Assembly: GCA_019038745.1 (NCBI GenBank)
Contig: JAHOYV010000023.1
Coordinates: 18,482-82,481 of the forward strand
Direction: 5' to 3'
Source: Gemmatimonadales bacterium
Lineage (GTDB): Bacteria; Krumholzibacteriota; Krumholzibacteriia; LZORAL124-64-63
Length of the DNA stretch: 64,000 nt
Made by a program: the position numbers and the translations under genes. This document shows, piece after piece, positions 58,659 to 64,000 of the stretch. The notes below the pieces were generated by a model. It did no database searches. It had not been told where the DNA came from and saw nothing but the letters and a program-made list of their open reading frames with translations. Every line of letters starts with the position of its first letter. Positions within the stretch are counted from its first letter, which is position 1.

Positions 58659-58779
58659 TCCGCACCGCCCGATGAGCGGTCAAAATTTGAATGCGTCGGG
58701 GTGGTGAATCTGATATGTTTCCCGCCTCGCAATTTCCGGCTGACTGGACGAGTCGGACCGAACCCTGGTACAGAAAGGC

Positions 58780-60357
58780 ATGAACATGGCCCAAGCAGCT
58801 CCTCCGGACAAACAACAGAGTCCCCTACAGGAAATCATCCAACCCTTCATAGATCTGGTCCATGCCCCGCGCGCGCTTTGGGGCATTAATCTGGCCTATT
58901 TCCTGGAAGGCTGGGTCTATTTCGGCATGCTCGGCTACCTGGCCATGCACTTTTCGGATTACATCTTCCTGGGAGTACCCAACCCCGATGTGAACAGCCA
59001 TCACATGGTCATGGTCCTTACTGCGGGCATCACCATCTCGATGTTCTTTCTGGGCTCGGTAGCGGACAAGCGAGGGGTTCGCAATACCCTCCTGATGGCC
59101 TTCGTCTTTCTCCTGGCCGGCCGTGTCATCTGGTCCGCAGCACCGTACATCTTTCCCCAACCGGGTATGTGGAGCAACCTGCATATCATGACGCTGGTCG
59201 GCATCGTCATGGTTGTGATCGGATACGGCATGTATCAGCCGGCCGCCTACGCCGGTGTACGTCAATTCACCAGTGGCAAGACCGCTCCCATGGGCTACGC
59301 CATGCTCTACGCCTTGATGAATCTTGGTGGTTGGTTGCCCTCCTTCTTCAGTCCGATCCGACACAAAATCGGCATCTCAGGGGCCTACTGGGTTTATACC
59401 GGCCTGACTGCCCTGGCCGTTGTGGGCACGTTCCTGATCCTCACGCGGCGGGTAGAGAAGGAAGCTATCCAGAGGGCAGAGAAGGAACGTAAGGAAGAAA
59501 AAGCGGCCGAGACTGCGAATACTGCGGAAACAAAACCGACCAAGGCTGCAACTACCGAGACGACAGTTCCCGGCCCGGACTCTCGAATACCCATCCACCT
59601 GTGGTCCATTCTGGCCCTGATAGCGGGCAGCATTTACTTCCTGCCCGGGGCGGCCCGCATGTATGTCTGGGGACTGATCGCGGTGGCCGTCGTCACCTTG
59701 CTCCTGGTCCCCCAATGGGGCAAGCCCGCCTATCGCTGGCTGGCCAACCATCCCCTTTCGGATGGGAAGTTCTTTTTCTTCATTTTCGCATTGATCCCGG
59801 TCCAAACCCTGTTCACGTACAACTGGCTGATCCTTCCCCAGTACCTGGAAAGGGCCTTTGAGGGCGGGTTCGTAAGCGAACGTTTCGAATTCTTTGCCAA
59901 CCTGAACCCGATCCTGATCTTCATTGCCGTTCCCATGGTAACGGCAATGACCATGAAGAAGAAGGTATACAACATGATGGTCATCGGGACCTTCGTGATG
60001 GCAGCCCCTGCCTTTTTCCTGGCATTTGGCACCAATTTATGGACCCTCCTGGCGTACTTGCTTGTGATGACCATCGGCGAGGCAATGTGGCAACCCCGCT
60101 TCCTTCAATTCGCGGCGGAAATCGCCCCGGAAGGTCGCACTGGAGCCTACATGGGCGTGGCCCAGTTCCCCTGGTTCCTGACAAAAATGATCGTGCCTTT
60201 ATATTCAGGAATCATGATCCAAAAGTACTGCCCAGCGGATGGGCCCCGTTACCCGGAGAAGATGTGGCTGATTTTTGCCTGTATCGCAATGCTCTCGCCC
60301 ATAATCCTGATCCTGGCCAAGCGGCGAGTGGGTAACATGAAGATGAAAGCTGACTGA
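58780..60357 (+). CDS. MFS transporter (degenerate POT/PTR2-like N-terminal motif) with a Lys/Glu/Thr-rich central loop
   Basis: 12-14 hydrophobic helices. GINLAYFLEGWVYFGMLGYL resembles the POT ExxERFxYYG region. Central loop RAEKERKEEKAAETANTAETKPTKAATTE. The start is ATG 58780 or, with better SD spacing, ATG 58786. Confidence 0.8.
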   Translation: MNMAQAAPPDKQQSPLQEIIQPFIDLVHAPRALWGINLAYFLEGWVYFGMLGYLAMHFSDYIFLGVPNPDVNSHHMVMVLTAGITISMFFLGSVADKRGVRNTLLMAFVFLLAGRVIWSAAPYIFPQPGMWSNLHIMTLVGIVMVVIGYGMYQPAAYAGVRQFTSGKTAPMGYAMLYALMNLGGWLPSFFSPIRHKIGISGAYWVYTGLTALAVVGTFLILTRRVEKEAIQRAEKERKEEKAAETANTAETKPTKAATTETTVPGPDSRIPIHLWSILALIAGSIYFLPGAARMYVWGLIAVAVVTLLLVPQWGKPAYRWLANHPLSDGKFFFFIFALIPVQTLFTYNWLILPQYLERAFEGGFVSERFEFFANLNPILIFIAVPMVTAMTMKKKVYNMMVIGTFVMAAPAFFLAFGTNLWTLLAYLLVMTIGEAMWQPRFLQFAAEIAPEGRTGAYMGVAQFPWFLTKMIVPLYSGIMIQKYCPADGPRYPEKMWLIFACIAMLSPIILILAKRRVGNMKMKAD

Positions 60358-60382
60358 CGACAATAGGCGTTGAACAAAAACG

Positions 60383-60430
60383 ACCGGGTAATCCCTGGGC
60401 TACGCCTGGAGGATTGCCCGGTTTTCATTT
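60383..60430. terminator. Bidirectional intrinsic terminator between the convergent MFS and BY-kinase genes
   Basis: 12-bp GC-rich stem ACCGGGTAATCC / GGATTGCCCGGT (one G-U pair) with a 16-nt loop. Followed by TTTTCATTT on the plus strand and preceded by AAAAA (T-run on the minus strand). Confidence 0.55.
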
Positions 60431-60457
60431 CTCCGAACCCATGTATCCCAGGCCGAG

Positions 60458-61159
60458 CTACTTCTGGTCATAGTACCCGTAGTACTTGTTCGAATAATAG
60501 TAGGGCAACACATCACCCAGATTGTTCGCTACGACCCCGAGTATATTCGCCCCCGCCCCTTTAAATATTTCTACTCCGCGCTGGCTGATTTCACGCGATG
60601 TACGACCGGCCATGACCATGTATATCAAACCGTCAACAGCATGGACAAATAGCAGAGGGTCACTGACCGGAACCACCGGCGGAGAATCCAGGATGATTAT
60701 GTCGTATTCGTTATGTAGCTCTTTAACCAGAGCCTTGAGCTTGGCCTCGTTGAAAAGCCGACTGGGCCTTTTCCCCCCATCACCCGCCGGCAGCAGGTCG
60801 AGATTGCTCACCGCGGTTTTCCGCACCGCCTCGAGGATGGAGGCCTTGCCCCCCAACAACTCGCCCAATCCTGGTGAAATTTCATGACCAAAAACAGTAT
60901 GCTGCACAGGTTTCCGCAGATCACCGTCCAGAAGCAGAATGCTTTTCTGAAGATGATAAGCCAACACGAGAGAGAAGTGGGTCGAGAACAGGCTCTTACC
61001 CTCACCGCTCTCGGAGCTGGAAACCATCAAAGACAGTTTGCGGTTGAAATCCACAGTCCGGCCGAGGCGGATCATGATGCGCCGCAACTCAATGGCCATG
61101 GGCGATTCAATATCGAACAATTTCCCGTTCATCACTTTTTCCGGTAGCTTGGCAGTCAT
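60458..61159 (-). CDS. CpsD/CapB-type bacterial tyrosine (BY) kinase, stand-alone ATPase module
   Basis: Walker A SSESGEGKS, Walker A' LLLDGDLRKP, Walker B IIILDSPPV, C-terminal Tyr cluster LPYYYSNKYYGYYDQK. Confidence 0.88.
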   Translation of the reverse strand: MTAKLPEKVMNGKLFDIESPMAIELRRIMIRLGRTVDFNRKLSLMVSSSESGEGKSLFSTHFSLVLAYHLQKSILLLDGDLRKPVQHTVFGHEISPGLGELLGGKASILEAVRKTAVSNLDLLPAGDGGKRPSRLFNEAKLKALVKELHNEYDIIILDSPPVVPVSDPLLFVHAVDGLIYMVMAGRTSREISQRGVEIFKGAGANILGVVANNLGDVLPYYYSNKYYGYYDQK

Positions 61160-61175
61160 GGACCTCTCCAGGGAA

Positions 61176-62777
61176 TCAAAGACTGAATTTGGGATAAATC
61201 ACCAGGAAACCGAAAGCACTTACAGCCAGGATCCCCAACACTATGGTGAACCAGAAAAGGAGTCGGCGTCGACGCCGCAAAGGCTCCAAGTCGCCATAAT
61301 TGATCTGCGGCAGGGTGCCCAGGACCGGAAGGCCCAGAGTGGACTCTATGGCGGTAACCGTCTTGAGGGACTTATCCATAAATACGGCCAGGACCAAAAG
61401 ACCTGAACCGAGTCCCAGCGAAAGAACGAATCCCATAAAGGCCAGCTTAAGCTTGTTGGGCTCGATGGGGACAGGGTTTAGGATTGGTTTCTTTCGAATA
61501 GACACCTGCAGACCTACATCGGACATCCCGGCTTCCAGATTCATCCGCTGCTGAGTAATCTCCTGTTCAATAGTCAGAACAAGGTCGTTGTAATGAGCCA
61601 CCTTGGACTGTAGTTCCGCCAGATGCGATGACTGTAGGGGTTGCTGGCTGAGAAACTGTCGGTAATTCCAGATATGGGCAGCCACGGCCTCGGTGACAAC
61701 CTTTTCCGCCGAGGAGTACAGGGAAAAATAGATGTACTGCGATAACCGGTTCTGCCCCAGAAGTCCCAGGTTCGGATGGTTCAGTGTCACCATTTCCTCT
61801 ACCCGATTGTTGATCTGGACTCGTAGCCGGCCCATCCCCAGCTCAATATCGTTGGGATCTTCACCCTCGACCCGAGTCATCAATTCGATTCCGAAGTCGG
61901 TCAACTCCAGTATAATCGCCTTGATACCAACGTCCTTGGCGTAGGTCACAACCGCCGGCAGGGCCCCCAATACAGGCAAAGCGCTCTGTTCCAAAACACT
62001 CATTTCCAATGCGATGGGCCCTGTGTGGTGGGTCTGAGCCCGCTGCACCCGTTCTTCCACGGTGGCTAGGTTGCCCATGTTAATGGGATTGCCCACCAAT
62101 TCACTGGAGGACAGTTGCACCATGAATTCGTTGAGTTCTTGTTCGGACTTGGTCAAGTCAAGCTGATAAATATCCTTCTGTTCCATCAGGAAATTCTTGG
62201 TAGAGGCCCGCGGGGCCAGACGCATTTTTCGATACTCTTCGAGAAAACGGTCAAGGATGAATCGGGTCAGATCATAGGCCTCGCTGGGGTCGGTAGCAAC
62301 TACCCCGATTCGGTAGAGATGCTGTCCATCAAGCTCGATCCTGATTCTTTCAGCCAGACGATTACCGGCCAAGCGAACGGCCATAGACTCATCCAGAGCA
62401 GGTCCCTGGCCCACCATACTTTGGGCCATAAGGGTCTTTTCCATCCCCAATTCCCGGACAATGCTCTCCAGGAATGTCGGAGAAGTGAGTAGGGTCTCCA
62501 TTTCCGTCCTGATCTCTTGATCGAGGTCCCGACGACGCCCCCTCATGTTACTGGTCGGGTCATTCAGTAGCTGGCTCCTGAAGAAATCGGTTCGAACCTG
62601 AAGTTGGCCCGATGAATAATAGATTGGAGTCATTGTCTTGATTGCGATGGCCGCCATCGATAGACAGAGGATGAACGGGATAAAGAAAAGCCACTTACGG
62701 CGCCAGAGTTCTTTCAACAACGCCCGGTAATCGAAGCTCTCGCCGGGAGTCGGATTTTCGTCGAACAAGTCTTCCAT
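61176..62777 (-). CDS. Polysaccharide co-polymerase / chain-length determinant (Wzz/GumC-like), partner of the BY-kinase
   Basis: N-terminal Wzz-like DYRALLKELWRRKWLFFIPFILCLSMAAIAI (TM1). Long coiled periplasmic region. C-terminal TM helices (LAFMGFVLSLGLGSGLLVLAVF and LLFWFTIVLGILAVSAFGFLVI). AAGGAGAGG upstream of ATG 62777. Confidence 0.85.
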   Translation of the reverse strand: MEDLFDENPTPGESFDYRALLKELWRRKWLFFIPFILCLSMAAIAIKTMTPIYYSSGQLQVRTDFFRSQLLNDPTSNMRGRRRDLDQEIRTEMETLLTSPTFLESIVRELGMEKTLMAQSMVGQGPALDESMAVRLAGNRLAERIRIELDGQHLYRIGVVATDPSEAYDLTRFILDRFLEEYRKMRLAPRASTKNFLMEQKDIYQLDLTKSEQELNEFMVQLSSSELVGNPINMGNLATVEERVQRAQTHHTGPIALEMSVLEQSALPVLGALPAVVTYAKDVGIKAIILELTDFGIELMTRVEGEDPNDIELGMGRLRVQINNRVEEMVTLNHPNLGLLGQNRLSQYIYFSLYSSAEKVVTEAVAAHIWNYRQFLSQQPLQSSHLAELQSKVAHYNDLVLTIEQEITQQRMNLEAGMSDVGLQVSIRKKPILNPVPIEPNKLKLAFMGFVLSLGLGSGLLVLAVFMDKSLKTVTAIESTLGLPVLGTLPQINYGDLEPLRRRRRLLFWFTIVLGILAVSAFGFLVIYPKFSL

Positions 62778-63156
62778 CTAGGGAGCCTCTCCTTGCCCAC
62801 ACGCAATGCTGGTTTCTTCGGAACGACATGAATGATCCGGCAAAAGGCTAGCTCAATGCCATTATCAACGCAACATCTTCCAGGAGCTAAATATAAAATG
62901 CCTTCCTAAAAGGCCTTTAACAAAACTTCTCTCCAAGAAAAGAAGATTCCTGGATTCCGCTGGGAACCAGGAGTGTCAAATCCACTGGAACCGACAACCT
63001 TACTTCCCCTGGAAAAACAACTTCAGGGAATCATCCTTACCCTTTTCCCGGGATTTCGACCGGAATCTTAAGTTCTAAAGCTGAGTTTGATCCAGGCATG
63101 AATTTTGGATGCACGAAACCAAAACACCGCCTACTCCCGGAAAAGAATCACAAAGA

Positions 63157-64000
63157 ATGCGAACTCAACCTGCTTTCCTGACTGTTCCAGGACTGAAAGG
63201 GCTACTCTGGACGATTCTCCTGATTCTAGCAACCGGTTCCTGCACGAATGAGACTCCACTCGCGCCTCCGGAAGGGTCCAAAAGTTTTGGTCCCTCTGTC
63301 ATCCGGCATGAAACCGGTAGCCTGGACCTGTTCGAGGATGGCCCCATTCCCTTTCCGACAGGTCATTGGAATTGGTATTTCCAGTCTCCAGTTCCAAATT
63401 TTTCCGATCACCATGGGAGGATTCAAACTGGAGTCCGGCTGGCCACCCATATTGCGACTCTGACAACCCGGTTGAAAAACGGTAAATTCCTTTGGAGTTG
63501 GCGATTCCCCGTAATCCTGGATGATTCTGTCTCCATTCTTCTGGTGCCCGCCGACCCGGAAATTTGGCACTCGATGGAGTTCACACCAGGGCCAGACTTG
63601 ATCTTTGCCCACATTCCCTTGCCCGTCATGGAAGTGGACACTCCGCATTTCCCCCACTTGTTGGCCCTATTGAAGGAATTGACTACCCCCTGGTTCGACC
63701 AGATCGTAACCCACTGGCCTGAACTGCCAATTCCAATCCGCCTGGGAGCGGCGGTAAGTGGCAAAGTAGACTTGAGCGCCTGCCTGGAGGAAGCCGTCAC
63801 GATTTGGAACGGGGATCGTGAAACACCCTGGTTCCGAATCGACGAGGAGGCCGGCTGGGGGATTCGTCTGATTCACTTCCCCGATATATCTCTCAGCCCC
63901 CCGATGGAAGCTAGAATCACCCGGTTGGACGATAACGGAAACCCGCTTCGTGTGAATATTGTTGTCGGCAACAACTATGAACAGTTGCGGTACCCCAAAT
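63157..64000 (+). CDS. Putative lipoprotein, N-terminal part only (continues beyond the right edge), function unknown
   Basis: Absent from the ORF track because it has no stop in the window. The frame is open from ATG 63157 (alternative ATG 63109) to base 64000 (281 codons). N-terminus MRTQPAFLTVPGLKGLLWTILLILATGS/C is lipoprotein-signal-like. All four listed ORFs in this region are short and overlap it in other frames or on the other strand. Confidence 0.6.
   Translation, partial: MRTQPAFLTVPGLKGLLWTILLILATGSCTNETPLAPPEGSKSFGPSVIRHETGSLDLFEDGPIPFPTGHWNWYFQSPVPNFSDHHGRIQTGVRLATHIATLTTRLKNGKFLWSWRFPVILDDSVSILLVPADPEIWHSMEFTPGPDLIFAHIPLPVMEVDTPHFPHLLALLKELTTPWFDQIVTHWPELPIPIRLGAAVSGKVDLSACLEEAVTIWNGDRETPWFRIDEEAGWGIRLIHFPDISLSPPMEARITRLDDNGNPLRVNIVVGNNYEQLRYPK

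Overview
Dense, mostly minus-strand chromosomal segment with about 50 protein-coding genes. I recognised no rRNA, tRNA, CRISPR array, transposase or integrase. The source looks like a moderately GC-rich diderm bacterium. LEFT THIRD (1 to about 16.8 kb): one long, translationally coupled minus-strand operon. It starts with a Trm112-like zinc-ribbon gene and a PorU-like C25 peptidase / PorV-family barrel pair (type IX secretion attachment components). It continues with an M6 (InhA-like) metalloprotease carrying a T9SS-type C-terminal sorting domain. It ends with five uncharacterised envelope proteins: two distant paralogues, an NHL-propeller lipoprotein, a 1170-aa barrel-like protein, and a POTRA-like protein that runs off the window. 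REST OF WINDOW, in order: accA; dnaE; a DUF4405-like membrane protein coupled to an M23 peptidase; a PIN-PhoH ATPase; an operon of IMPase, NhaC antiporter, SAM hydrolase (DUF62) and a lipoprotein; NifU-like plus glutaryl-CoA dehydrogenase; a complete 13-gene nuoA-N complex I operon (fused nuoCD, short nuoG, enlarged nuoH); a TPR protein; a class IV aminotransferase; a NYN-domain protein; an MFP plus two tandem RND permeases; a fused formimidoyltransferase-cyclodeaminase; an MFS transporter; a split Wzz / BY-kinase pair; and a lipoprotein ORF running off the right edge. ORF-TRACK NOTES: two edge-truncated ORFs (1-491 minus, 63157-64000 plus) are absent from the supplied track. The track reports maximal ORFs with ATG/GTG/TTG starts. 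I trimmed many starts to the first start codon that has a GGAGG-like Shine-Dalgarno roughly 4-9 nt upstream. TAXONOMY (inference only): SD-led starts and TTGACA-N16-18-TAnnnT promoters suggest the T9SS-like genes sit in a non-Bacteroidia background. BEST CANDIDATE for something undescribed: the PorU/PorV-linked envelope operon. All functional ideas about its unknown members are hypotheses that need HMM and structure searches.
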